Assembly: GCA_963789955.1 (NCBI GenBank)
Contig: CAWBMV010000012.1
Span: 64,001-128,000 of the forward strand
Direction of reading: 5' to 3'
Length of the DNA stretch: 64,000 bases
DNA from: an uncultured Candidatus Rokubacteria bacterium
GTDB lineage: Bacteria > Methylomirabilota > Methylomirabilia > Rokubacteriales > CSP1-6
Shown: positions 51,157 to 60,554 of the stretch, piece by piece
How positions within the stretch are numbered: position 1 is the first letter of the stretch
Layout: each line of letters begins with the position of its first letter
Notes under the pieces: generated by a model
The model's database searches: none
Seen by the model: the letters and a program-made list of their open reading frames with translations, nothing else
Told to the model about the DNA's origin: nothing
Translations under genes and position numbers: made by a program

Positions 51157-52918
51157 CGGCCTTCGTCCTTGGTCAGCGGCTGGCGAGAGCGGGCGTCGAC
51201 CGGGGCGGCCTCCGGGCGCGCGGCGCGCAGCCGCAACACGCTGAACGCCAGGAGCGGCCGGGCGAAGCCTCGAAGCGCGAGCGTGCCGAGCGCCTCGGCT
51301 TCGACGAGATTCTCGACCTCGGCGTACACGCGCTGCGAGACGAGAATCTGACCGTCGCTCGCCTCCTGGCAGAGCCGGCGCTCAGATTGGTGACGGTGCC
51401 GATCGCCGCGTCAGTCGAATCGGCCTTCGTAGCCGATGCGCCCGACGGTGGCGTAGCCCATGTCGACGCCGGTGCCGAAGCCGAGCGCGAACCCGCGCCG
51501 GCGCCACTCGTCGAGCAGCCCCTGGACGCCGTCGCGCATGGCGACCGCCATCTGCACCGCGCGCGCCGCCGGGTCGGGACAGGGCACCGGATCGTTGAAG
51601 AACACCATGAGCCCGTCGCCGGTGAACCGCTCGAGCGTCCCCTCGTAGCGGGAGATGAGGGCGCCGACCGTCGTGTGATAGTCGCGCAGCAGGCGCATCA
51701 CGTCTTCAGGATCGGCCTTCTCGGCGAAGGCGGTGAAGCCGCGAAGATCGCAGAAGAGCACGGTGATCTCCCGCCGGTGCGAAGCCAGCATCGACTCGTC
51801 GCCGGCCGACAAGAGCTCGACGAGCTGCGGCGAGAAGAATCGTTTCAGGCGCTCGGCGCGTTCCAGCTCGGCGCGCACCCGCTCGCGATCGCGGAGCCCC
51901 GCGAGCATGGCGTCGAACGTCGTGCCCAGCTCGCCGAGCTCGTCACGCCGCCGGACGGATACCGTGGCGTTGAAGTCGCCCGCGGCGACCTGCTGGGCGG
52001 CGCCGACGAGCGCCTGCACCGGACGGCTCGTCCGGCGGGCAGGACGATCGCGCCGAGGAGGGCCAGGATCAATCCCGCGCCCCCCACGGCGAACAGTGTA
52101 CGGAAGAGGCCCTGGTTTGCCGCGAGCGCCTCGGCCAGCGGACGCTGAAGCACGACGGCGACGTCGTCGCTGATGCGCTCGACTCGCACCACGTGCGGCT
52201 GGCCGGCCAGCTGGACCACACCATCCCGGCGGATGCCGGCGAGTCCGCGCTGGAGCTCCTCGCGGTCGGCGCCGTCGAGCGTGGACGCCTGCACGACGAG
52301 GCCGGCCTCCTGACGGCGGAAGAACGACACGTGCAGGTTCGTGACCCTGCGCAGATCGACGGCGGTCGAATCGTCGATGGCGAACCCGGCGCACAGCCAG
52401 GCGATGGGATCGGGCGCCAGCAACGGGACGATCGCCAGCCGATAGAGCCCGCCGTCCATCGCGGCGATCTGGGATGCCTCACCGGTCTGCTCGGCTGTCT
52501 CGAGAAGCCGCGGTAGCGGGAAGGCCGCGCCCTGATGGCCGGGATCGCGAGTGTCGGCGTCGATCGTGCCGTCCACTGCGATGAGTATCAAGACGTCGGC
52601 CGCGATCCGCTGGCGGTGATTGCGCGAGGACGGAGCGTGTCGTGGCCTGATCCGCCGTGGCGGCGGCCGTTTTCAGCGCGAAGTCGCCGACAGCAGGCGA
52701 GTGGCGGTGAGGAGCTGTTGGCTGCGCGCCTCGAGCTGACGCACGAACAGGGTGCCGGCGAGGCGAAGCTCTTCGTTGATCGCGCTCCGCGCGTTCGCGC
52801 GCACGGCGGCCGCGACGACCAGGAAGCACGTCGCCAGGATCACGGCGAACAGCCCGACGAAGACGACGACGAGCTGGCCGCGAAAGCTGCGGAAGCTGCG
52901 CACCTTGGGGAAACGCAC
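51153..52918 (-). CDS. Membrane sensor (Cache-like) + HAMP + class III adenylate/guanylate cyclase; about 5 frameshifts
   Basis: Two TM segments flanking a sensor region, RDELGEL HAMP, VLFCDLRGFT, GDGLMVFF, GRIGYEGRFD, RGFARP, spread over several frames. Confidence 0.85.
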
Positions 52919-52972
52919 CGCTGCAACGCTACCGCCGCGGCGCCGCGGGATCAAGCTAGGGTACCTTCGGGC

Positions 52973-54049
52973 GTGCGAATCATCGCGCACGTGGACATGG
53001 ACGCCTTCTACGCGTCGGTCGAGGCCCACCACAACCCGGCGCTCCGCGACAAGCCCGTCGTCGTCGGCGCCGACCCCAAGGAAGGCCGCGGGCGCGGCGT
53101 CGTCGAAGCCGCGAGCTATGCCGCCCGACGCTACGGCATCCGCGCGGCCATGCCGATCTCGCGCGCCTGGAAGCTGTCCGAAGCCGCGCGGAGCCGGGGC
53201 GAGGAGCCGGTGGTGTTCGCGCACGGCAACCGCCGCCTCTACGTCGAGATGTCCCAGCGCATCATGGCGATCCTCGCCGGTGCCGGTGATGCCTTCGAGG
53301 AGGCGAGCATCGACGAGGCGTATCTGGACCTCTCCTCGCTCGGGAGCTTCGAGGCGGCGGTGGAGCGCGCGCGAACGGTCAAGCGTGAGATCGCCGACCG
53401 CGAGGGGCTCACGTGCTCGGTAGGGCTCGGCCCCAACAAGCTCGTGGCGAAGATCGCCTCGGACGTGAAGAAACCCGACGGGTTGACGGTCGTGACGGCC
53501 GACGAGGTTCAGGCGTTCCTCGATCCGATGAGCATCCGCGTCATCCCCGGCATCGGCCCCAAGACCGAGGCGGAGCTCAACGAACGAGGGATCCGGACGG
53601 TTCGCGACCTACGCGAGCTCGAGCTCACACGCCTGTCCGAGTTGTTCGGGCGCTGGGGCGAGGATCTCTACGCCAAGGCGCGCGGCCTGTCCGACAGCGT
53701 CGTCTCGAACGAATGGGAGCCGAAGTCGGTCGGCGAGCAGGAGACCTTCGAGGTGAACACGCTCGATCCCGACTTTATCCTGCAGCGCGTTCGCGCGCTG
53801 GCGGCCGAGGTCTTCACGCGGCTCCAGCGCCAGGGCTTTCGCGCCTGCCGCACGGCGACGATCACCGTGCGGTTTGCGCACTTTCGCACGGTGACCCGGT
53901 CACAGACGTCGCGGGACCAGATCGCGAGCGAGGAATCGCTCTATACTGCGGTGGCCGGACTCTTCGCGCCGTTTTTTGATGCCAGAGAAAACCCGCGCGC
54001 GACGAAAATCCGTCTCATCGGTGTCCGGGCCGAAAAGCTCGTGAGGTAG
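52973..54049 (+). CDS. dinB: DNA polymerase IV (Y family)
   Basis: HVDMDAFYASVE, ASYAAR, SIDEAYLD, AKIASD..KPDG, IPGIG, IRLIGV. Confidence 0.93.
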   Translation: MRIIAHVDMDAFYASVEAHHNPALRDKPVVVGADPKEGRGRGVVEAASYAARRYGIRAAMPISRAWKLSEAARSRGEEPVVFAHGNRRLYVEMSQRIMAILAGAGDAFEEASIDEAYLDLSSLGSFEAAVERARTVKREIADREGLTCSVGLGPNKLVAKIASDVKKPDGLTVVTADEVQAFLDPMSIRVIPGIGPKTEAELNERGIRTVRDLRELELTRLSELFGRWGEDLYAKARGLSDSVVSNEWEPKSVGEQETFEVNTLDPDFILQRVRALAAEVFTRLQRQGFRACRTATITVRFAHFRTVTRSQTSRDQIASEESLYTAVAGLFAPFFDARENPRATKIRLIGVRAEKLVR

Positions 54050-54180
54050 GACGCGAAAGGGAAAGCGGCCAGCGTCGTACGGAGACTGAGACTTTCGTCC
54101 CAAGTTTCCTGGCAACCGGTTACCCTTAGACTGCTCGCTGTGGTGACCGCCATGAATTCGGGCTTGCTCGAGGAGGACCC

Positions 54181-55587
54181 ATGATCGTCACGCGCGTTGT
54201 GCTCGCCCTGATCGGCGCGGTCTTCCTGACCGGCTGCGCCAGCTCCAGCTACTACACCGTGAAGCGGGTGGACGCGCCGGGAACGTGCATGACGACCATG
54301 CCCGAGCGCGATCTACTCGTGGGCGTCGCGCTCTCGGGCGGCGGAAGTCGCGCGGCGCTCTTCGCCGAGGCTGGGCTCGAGGCGCTGGCCGGGCTGCGCA
54401 CCGCCGACGGCGTCTCGGTGATCAACAAGATCAACCACCTGTCGAGCGTCTCCGGAGGCAGCCTCTCCGCGACCTATTACGTCCTCAAGAAGCCGGGTCG
54501 CGACGTGCCCGTTCTGAATCCCGATGGGAGCCTCTCGGAAGCCTACCGGGCGTTCTTCGATCAATATCGCACCGAGCTCAGCCAGGACTTCGAAACGTCG
54601 TTGATCTGGCGTCAGCTGCTGTCGTTTCGGTGGCTCAACTCTGCGCTCGCCGCGCGCACGCTCGCCGAGATCCTCGAGTCGAAGCTCTATGGCCGGGCGC
54701 GCATGGGAGATCTCGCCGAGCGAGAAAAGGCCGGCGATACGCCCGGTCTGATCGTCAACACCACGCTCTACAACAACGGCCGGCGGCTCGCGCTGACGGC
54801 ATTGCCGTCGGAGGAATTTCGGTACGATTTCTTCAGCGATCTGGAGCGGGATCTCAAGCGGGATGGGCGGCCGATGGATCTGAGCCCCTACATCCGCGAG
54901 CGCTGGAAGCTGCTGTGGCCGATGACGCCCATCGACCTCCATGCTGATCCCTGCATGTCGCTGGTGGCGACGGCCGCCACGATGTCGGCTTCGTTCGCGC
55001 CGCTGATCGGACCCACGACATTGAGAATCGGAGACGAGGAAGCCTACTGGCACGTTGGAGACGGCGGCCTCTACGAGAACTCGGGGATCGAGTCGCTCCT
55101 GCTCCTATACCTCAGGCAGGTCCAGATGAAGCGGGCCAAACGGGTCCTCGTCATCGCGCTCGACAGCTCGTTCCCCTTCTCGGTCGGCGAGAAGCAGCTT
55201 CGGCGGCGCTCGCTGCCCTTCAGTCTGCTCAATTTCGATTTCAGCCGCATTCCCAGCATCATGGAGGAGCGAGCCATCACGTACCAGGCGCTCTTCTTCC
55301 GCACGCTCCAGCTCGAGGGTGTCTTCCCGGATCGGCAGACCTTCACGGTGATCGGGCTCCGCCACACCGACGCCAAGTTCGCGGCGGACTTGAGCGACCT
55401 GCCCGCCGCATGCAAGGCCGAAGTTCAGCCTATGAAGACGCTCGATGAAGTCGAGGATCGCATTGCGGCGATTCCGACGCGACTCGGCCTGAACTCGGAA
55501 TGCGACCGCCAGCTCATCTACGCGGCGGCGGCCAAGCTCGTCTCAGAGCACCGTGACGAGATCCTGGAGTTCTTGAATCGTCCCTAG
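54181..55587 (+). CDS. Patatin-like phospholipase lipoprotein
   Basis: Lipobox LTG-C, ALSGGGSRAA, SVSGGS, DGG; GAGGAGG SD. Confidence 0.85.
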   Translation: MIVTRVVLALIGAVFLTGCASSSYYTVKRVDAPGTCMTTMPERDLLVGVALSGGGSRAALFAEAGLEALAGLRTADGVSVINKINHLSSVSGGSLSATYYVLKKPGRDVPVLNPDGSLSEAYRAFFDQYRTELSQDFETSLIWRQLLSFRWLNSALAARTLAEILESKLYGRARMGDLAEREKAGDTPGLIVNTTLYNNGRRLALTALPSEEFRYDFFSDLERDLKRDGRPMDLSPYIRERWKLLWPMTPIDLHADPCMSLVATAATMSASFAPLIGPTTLRIGDEEAYWHVGDGGLYENSGIESLLLLYLRQVQMKRAKRVLVIALDSSFPFSVGEKQLRRRSLPFSLLNFDFSRIPSIMEERAITYQALFFRTLQLEGVFPDRQTFTVIGLRHTDAKFAADLSDLPAACKAEVQPMKTLDEVEDRIAAIPTRLGLNSECDRQLIYAAAAKLVSEHRDEILEFLNRP

Positions 55588-55590
55588 CGA

Positions 55591-56331
55591 GTGGTTCTGA
55601 ACGTCCGAGCTCCGCGACTTCGCAGCGTCAAGTTGCTGGCGGCGATCGTCATCGTCGCCGCGCTGACGCCGGGCTGCGGCTCCGGACAAGCTCCTCCCGT
55701 CGAGTCGCTGGGCGGCCCGTCGTCTGTCGGCGATGGGATTGACGCGTCTGCCGCGACGTCACCGCCGCTTGCCGCTTACGCGTTCGAGTGCGACGACGAG
55801 CAAAAGTTCGTGCTGTCCAGGGTCCCTGGGCAACCGAACGCAATGGATCTGGTACTCGGCGATCGTCGCCAGCGCCTCGCGTACGTGCGCACCGGGTCTG
55901 GCGCGCAGTACGCGGCCGACGGGACTTCGGTGTGGACCAAGGGCGGCGAGGCCATGCTCGAGGTGCAGGGACGTGTTACCACATGCCGGGAGAACCGGCG
56001 GCGCTCGATTCTCGAGGACGCGCGGGCCCGCGGCGTGGAGTTCCGCGCATCCGGCAACGAACCCGGCTGGGTGTGGGAGCTTCTGGCCGATCGCATGATT
56101 TTTATCGGGGCCTATGGCGCGGAGCGTGTGACGACTCGGCGATCTGCCGCTTCGAGCAGCACGACACCCGACGGAACGGTCTACGTCGGCGTCGCCGAGG
56201 CCCACCGGTTGACTGCGCGCGTGCTGCCAAGGCCGTGCGTCGACACGATGAGCGGTGATCTGTCGATGTCGACCGTCGAGGTCGAGCTCGACGGCAGGAG
56301 ATATCGCGGCTGCGGCGAAGCATTGCGGTAG
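55591..56331 (+). CDS. Lipoprotein with MliC-like domain and C-terminal GNEPGW domain
   Basis: TPG-C lipobox-like; TGSGAQY...WTKGGEA (MliC-like); FRASGNEPGW..CVDTMSG..YRGCG. Confidence 0.75.
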   Translation: MVLNVRAPRLRSVKLLAAIVIVAALTPGCGSGQAPPVESLGGPSSVGDGIDASAATSPPLAAYAFECDDEQKFVLSRVPGQPNAMDLVLGDRRQRLAYVRTGSGAQYAADGTSVWTKGGEAMLEVQGRVTTCRENRRRSILEDARARGVEFRASGNEPGWVWELLADRMIFIGAYGAERVTTRRSAASSSTTPDGTVYVGVAEAHRLTARVLPRPCVDTMSGDLSMSTVEVELDGRRYRGCGEALR

Positions 56332-56342
56332 ACTCTAGTCCG

Positions 56343-56654
56343 ATGCCGTCCGAGGGACCCAAGAGCGCGTACGAGCTGGCGATGGAGCGTCTGCGCCAGA
56401 AGGATCGTGAAGCCGGAGTCGAGGAGCGTCCGCTAACCGATCAGCAGAAAACCGCGATCGCCGAGGCGCGCCAGGTCTACCAGGCGCGGATGGCCGAGCG
56501 CGAGATCCTCCATCGGGATTCACTCCACAAGGCACAGAGCCGGGACGAGGTCGAGAAGCTCGAAGGGGAGCTGGCGCGCGACCGCGATCGCCTCGCCAGC
56601 GACCGCGATCGCAAGATCGCCGAGATCAAGCAGCAGCAGCCGAAGTCGAAGTAG
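56343..56654 (+). CDS. Small charged coiled-coil hypothetical protein
   Basis: KSAYELAMERL N-terminus; E/R/K-rich helical sequence; TAGACT 8 nt upstream. Confidence 0.8.
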   Translation: MPSEGPKSAYELAMERLRQKDREAGVEERPLTDQQKTAIAEARQVYQARMAEREILHRDSLHKAQSRDEVEKLEGELARDRDRLASDRDRKIAEIKQQQPKSK

Positions 56655-56661
56655 CCTCGCG

Positions 56662-58224
56662 CTAGCGCGCGTCCACACCCATCGCGTCGGCGAAGCGCTG
56701 ATACGCCTCCAGCGGATCGCCGTACTTCCGGTGCCCGGCCGTGTGCTGAGCGCTCGCCAGCAGGAGCCGGTCGCGGTCGTGGGCCTGCGTCTTCAGATAG
56801 TCCTCGAGGGTGCACAGCCCGAGCTCTTGATTGTGCGGGTCGTTGCCCATGATGGCCGCCCCGGTGGCCAGGGTCTGAACGAGCGGAGCGCGGTCATAGC
56901 CGCCCTTCAAGTACGCGGCGGTCAGATCCACCGACTCCTCGGTCCGATTGGCGAGGAGCGCGCACTCCAGCTTTTCGAGGATCTGGTGCGCCGGCCACGC
57001 GTCCGAGCCCAGCGGCGGCGCGATCGTGCGCCGTCCGTTGCCCGGAGTATTGGCCTGATGCTCGGAGCCTCGATTGATGAACAGCGCGGCCAGGAAGAGC
57101 AGCTTCAGCCGGTGCGGGTGCTCGAAGGTGTCGTAGAACCAGCCGACCGTGTTGCAGTACTCGTAGCCGTGCTGCGCCATCGAGTAGTTGTTCGGCTCGC
57201 CCGTCTCGAGGATGACCTGCGCCGCGGCCACCTGGATGGCGTCGAGGATACGCCGCGGGTTTCGGCCGGCGCGCAGCAGCGCCACCAGGGCGTCGACCAC
57301 CGAGAATTCCCGCTGGCGCGTGATCACGTCGATCAGCATCGCCTCTTCGGCGGCCGTCAGGGGCGTGGTCTGGGCGAGCAGCTCCTGGTCGCGGCCGTCG
57401 AGCTGGTTCTGGATGACGTTGCAGCCGAGCTCGTAGCCCGAATACCAGCGCGGGCCGACCGCCATGTCGGGCACGCCGGCGTAGAGCACGTGGTGCGCCA
57501 GGTCCCAGCCGATGGCCTCGCCGAGCTCGATGGTGGCGCGAGCGCGGTAGCCCTTGTGGCCGGTGGTGTAGGAGCGGTTGTGCCACATGCGGTCTTGCAC
57601 GTCGATGAGGCCAGCGAATGCGAGATGCGCGAGGACGTGCCGCCGGTTCGGCACGTCCTGCATCAGTCCGAGGAAGACGCGGTACGACGGCAGCACGTCG
57701 CCGCGCTGCACGAGCGTCAGCCAGTGATTCAGGCGCTCGCGCAGGGTGCCTTCGACCTGCAACGGCTCCTGGTCCGGCCAGTGGCGCTCGGGCATGGGCG
57801 GCGTCGTGTTCACCTTGATGTCGTAGAGGCGGGTGTAGTGGCCCGGAGCCTTGCCGAGCAGCTGATTCCACGGATCGAGCCCCGTCGGCATGTACCAGAC
57901 GGTCTGGGCCATCGGCAGCCAGCGAAGCTCCGGGCGGATCATCGACGCGAGCGGCAAGCCGACCCGCTCGCTCAAGAGGCAATGGTCGTTGTTGACGAAC
58001 TTCACGATGCCGTCGTCGAGACGCTGGTGATACGGCACGTGCGTGTACGGCGCGTGGATCCGCACCGTCTCGCGCGTGATCTCGGTGAGGGGACGGCCTT
58101 GCTTCATGAGCCGGTAGAGCACGTCGCTGGCGCCCTTCTGGTCGCGCGCGAGGATGCGCTCCTCGAGACGCGCGTAGTCGGACGCCGGTGCCGATTCGTT
58201 CAGGACCGCTGCTGTCGTCGCCAT
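56662..58224 (-). CDS. Hypothetical helical-repeat protein
   Basis: 520-aa ORF with protein-like composition and GAGG SD; four helical modules each ending near a His. Confidence 0.8.
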   Translation of the reverse strand: MATTAAVLNESAPASDYARLEERILARDQKGASDVLYRLMKQGRPLTEITRETVRIHAPYTHVPYHQRLDDGIVKFVNNDHCLLSERVGLPLASMIRPELRWLPMAQTVWYMPTGLDPWNQLLGKAPGHYTRLYDIKVNTTPPMPERHWPDQEPLQVEGTLRERLNHWLTLVQRGDVLPSYRVFLGLMQDVPNRRHVLAHLAFAGLIDVQDRMWHNRSYTTGHKGYRARATIELGEAIGWDLAHHVLYAGVPDMAVGPRWYSGYELGCNVIQNQLDGRDQELLAQTTPLTAAEEAMLIDVITRQREFSVVDALVALLRAGRNPRRILDAIQVAAAQVILETGEPNNYSMAQHGYEYCNTVGWFYDTFEHPHRLKLLFLAALFINRGSEHQANTPGNGRRTIAPPLGSDAWPAHQILEKLECALLANRTEESVDLTAAYLKGGYDRAPLVQTLATGAAIMGNDPHNQELGLCTLEDYLKTQAHDRDRLLLASAQHTAGHRKYGDPLEAYQRFADAMGVDAR

Positions 58225-58231
58225 GGAATCC

Positions 58232-59335
58232 TCAGGCCTTCTGGACCACCTTCTTGTAGATCATCTCGACATTCTGCCCGACGCGGTCACGATAGCGTCC
58301 GACCGCGTACTTGGACATCGCGGCCTCGTACTTCGAGGCCAGTTGATCACCGATCTTCGTCTGCATCTCGGCCAGGGTTGCCTTGTCGGCAGAGGCCTTC
58401 TTGACCGCCGCGATGAGATCGACGAAGTATCCTCGGAAGAACGCGACATGGTTCTTGGGCAGGACCTCGCCGTGGCCGGGGACGACCGATGTGAACTCGA
58501 GCTTCTCGAGCGCCGCCAACGTATTGATCCAGTCTTCCGGATAGCCGTCGTTCATGAAGGGCATCCAGTCGATCAGCGCGTCGCCGGTGGCGACGAGTTT
58601 CTCCTTCGGCAAATAGATGAACAGGTCGCCATTGGTGTGGGCGCGACCCAGCACGTGCAGCTGGATCTCACGGCCGTTCTCCTTCAGGGTCGTGGTGGTC
58701 GTCACCGTCCTCGTCGGCAGCGGCAGTTTCATCGACTTGAGCTCTTGCAGATAAGACTCTGCCTGCTGCAGGCTGGACTCGAAGTTCTTCTTCTTCGCCG
58801 GATCCGACTCTTTCTGAATGTCGGCTTTCAGTTTGTCGATCTCGGCCGGCATCGCCTTGATCTGCGTCTCGACGAAGGACACGCCACCCACGCCCGAGCC
58901 TGGTGTCGTCATGTTCACTTTCGTCTGCTCGGTCGCGATGATCTCGACTTTCGGATTCGTCGTCGCGTACGACTCGTTGCCCTGCGTGTGATCAAAGTGG
59001 AAGTGCGTGTTGATGACCTTGATCACGGGCTTCTTGGTGAGCTCCTGCATCTGCGTATAGAGGCCTCGCGAAGCCGACGGCTTCGAGTGCGTGTCGACGA
59101 CGATGACGCCGTCGTCGGTCATGATTAGGGCGGCGTTGCAGTTTGTCTTGTATCGGGGCGCCGCGATGGCGGCATAGACGCCGTCGCCGATCTTCTTCAG
59201 CTCGAAGAGATCCTTGTCGGCCGTCTGGGCGTGGGCGGCCATGGTGCAGCAGAGCTCGTGGGGATCGAGGGTGTGCACCGCCGCGGCTGCGAGACCCATC
59301 TGCGTGAGAACCTGCCGACGCGTCCATTGCGCCAT
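58232..59335 (-). CDS. Tat-exported MBL-fold metallo-hydrolase
   Basis: AAGGAGG SD; TRRQVL twin-arginine; THFHFDH, AHTNGD, GD, PGHG; helical insertion. Confidence 0.88.
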   Translation of the reverse strand: MAQWTRRQVLTQMGLAAAAVHTLDPHELCCTMAAHAQTADKDLFELKKIGDGVYAAIAAPRYKTNCNAALIMTDDGVIVVDTHSKPSASRGLYTQMQELTKKPVIKVINTHFHFDHTQGNESYATTNPKVEIIATEQTKVNMTTPGSGVGGVSFVETQIKAMPAEIDKLKADIQKESDPAKKKNFESSLQQAESYLQELKSMKLPLPTRTVTTTTTLKENGREIQLHVLGRAHTNGDLFIYLPKEKLVATGDALIDWMPFMNDGYPEDWINTLAALEKLEFTSVVPGHGEVLPKNHVAFFRGYFVDLIAAVKKASADKATLAEMQTKIGDQLASKYEAAMSKYAVGRYRDRVGQNVEMIYKKVVQKA

Positions 59336-59351
59336 CACCGCCTCCTTGTAA

Positions 59352-59422
59352 TGGGGGGCCTCGAGGGCCCCCAAGCCCCCTGCGCTCGCAAGCGCCCCGG
59401 CAAAGCCGTGGCGCTGCTCGAT
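59352..59422. repeat. REP-like double-hairpin intergenic element
   Basis: gggggcc-tcga-gggccccc and gcgccccggc-aaa-gccgtggcgc stems; single copy in this window. Confidence 0.5.
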
Positions 59423-59426
59423 AGCC

Positions 59427-60479
59427 TTAATCCGCCCTGAAGATCAGGTCGGGCTTGAGGTCGGAGATCTTGGTGCGACCGCAGAGACCCATCGCGACGT
59501 GCAGCTGATCACGCAGGATCTCGAAGACGCGCGCGACACCCTCCGCGCCGTCGGCGCCGAGACCCCAGAGCGCCGTCCGCCCGAGCATGACCACCTTGGC
59601 GCCCCGCGCCAGCCCCTTGATCACGTCGGTGCCCTTCGAGAATCCGCCGTCGATCACGATCTCGGCACGGCCGGCGACCGCGTCGACGATGGGCGGCAGC
59701 GCGTCGATCGACGACTGAGTGTGATCGAGCTGGCGTCCGCCGTGGTTCGAGACCCAGATGAGCTTGACGCCCATCTCGGCCGCGCGCTTGGCGTCGGCCA
59801 CGGTCAGAATGCCTTTGAGCCCGACCGGCAGCTTCGTCGTCTTCATGAGCCATTCGACGTCAACCCACGTCAGACGCATCTGGTAGTCCGGGATGGGCCC
59901 GCGCGGATTCGGTGCGATTTCCATGGCCTTGCGCGGGCTCCAGCGCGCGAGGGTGTCGCGCTCGCGACGGCTGTAGTGCTGGGTGTCGACCGTGAGCGCG
60001 ACGGCCTTGAAGCCGGACATCTCGACGCGCTTGAGGAGCTCGGCCGCCCAGCCGCGGTCGCCGTGCATGTAGAGCTGGAACATCTGCGGTGCTCCGCCGG
60101 CCCGCGCGACGTCCTCGACCGGCCAGCCGGTCGCGCCGGAGAGCCACTGGAGGATATCGGCCTTGCCGGCGCCGCGCGCCATCTCGACGTCGCCTTCCGG
60201 ATGGAAGAGCACCAGACCGCCCATCGGCGCGATCCCCACCGGAGCCGACAGCGGCACGCCCAAGAGGCTCGTGCTCAGATCGATGTCGCGCACGTCGACG
60301 AGCACGTTCTGCGCGATCGCGAGACGGTCCAGGTGGCGCTTGTTGCGACGCAGGGTCGCTTCCGACTCGCTGCCGCCGTCGCCGAAGTTCCACGCTTCGC
60401 GGGCGAGGCGCGCGCGGGCGGCTCGGCGAATCTCGGGCAGGGTTGCGAACGGGCGTGGGAATTCCTTGGCCTGGCTCAT
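59427..60479 (-). CDS. FMN-dependent alpha-hydroxy acid oxidase/dehydrogenase family protein
   Basis: IAPMG, FQLY, LTVD, LKGI, SNHGGRQLD, DGG, GR. Confidence 0.92.
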   Translation of the reverse strand: MSQAKEFPRPFATLPEIRRAARARLAREAWNFGDGGSESEATLRRNKRHLDRLAIAQNVLVDVRDIDLSTSLLGVPLSAPVGIAPMGGLVLFHPEGDVEMARGAGKADILQWLSGATGWPVEDVARAGGAPQMFQLYMHGDRGWAAELLKRVEMSGFKAVALTVDTQHYSRRERDTLARWSPRKAMEIAPNPRGPIPDYQMRLTWVDVEWLMKTTKLPVGLKGILTVADAKRAAEMGVKLIWVSNHGGRQLDHTQSSIDALPPIVDAVAGRAEIVIDGGFSKGTDVIKGLARGAKVVMLGRTALWGLGADGAEGVARVFEILRDQLHVAMGLCGRTKISDLKPDLIFRAD

Positions 60480-60554
60480 GGCGCAGTACTATACGCCAGT
60501 CGTCGTTCGGAGTCTTGGTACACTGCAGCGATTCCGAGGGGAAGGGGACACGAC

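Noticed and set aside
52973..55587. dinB plus patatin as CBASS or a mutagenesis cassette
   Set aside because: No CD-NTase or imuA/dnaE2; the patatin has a lipoprotein signal; no LexA box recognised
49693..56331. SLT and MliC-like protein as an enzyme-inhibitor pair
   Set aside because: About 5 kb apart on opposite strands with unrelated genes between
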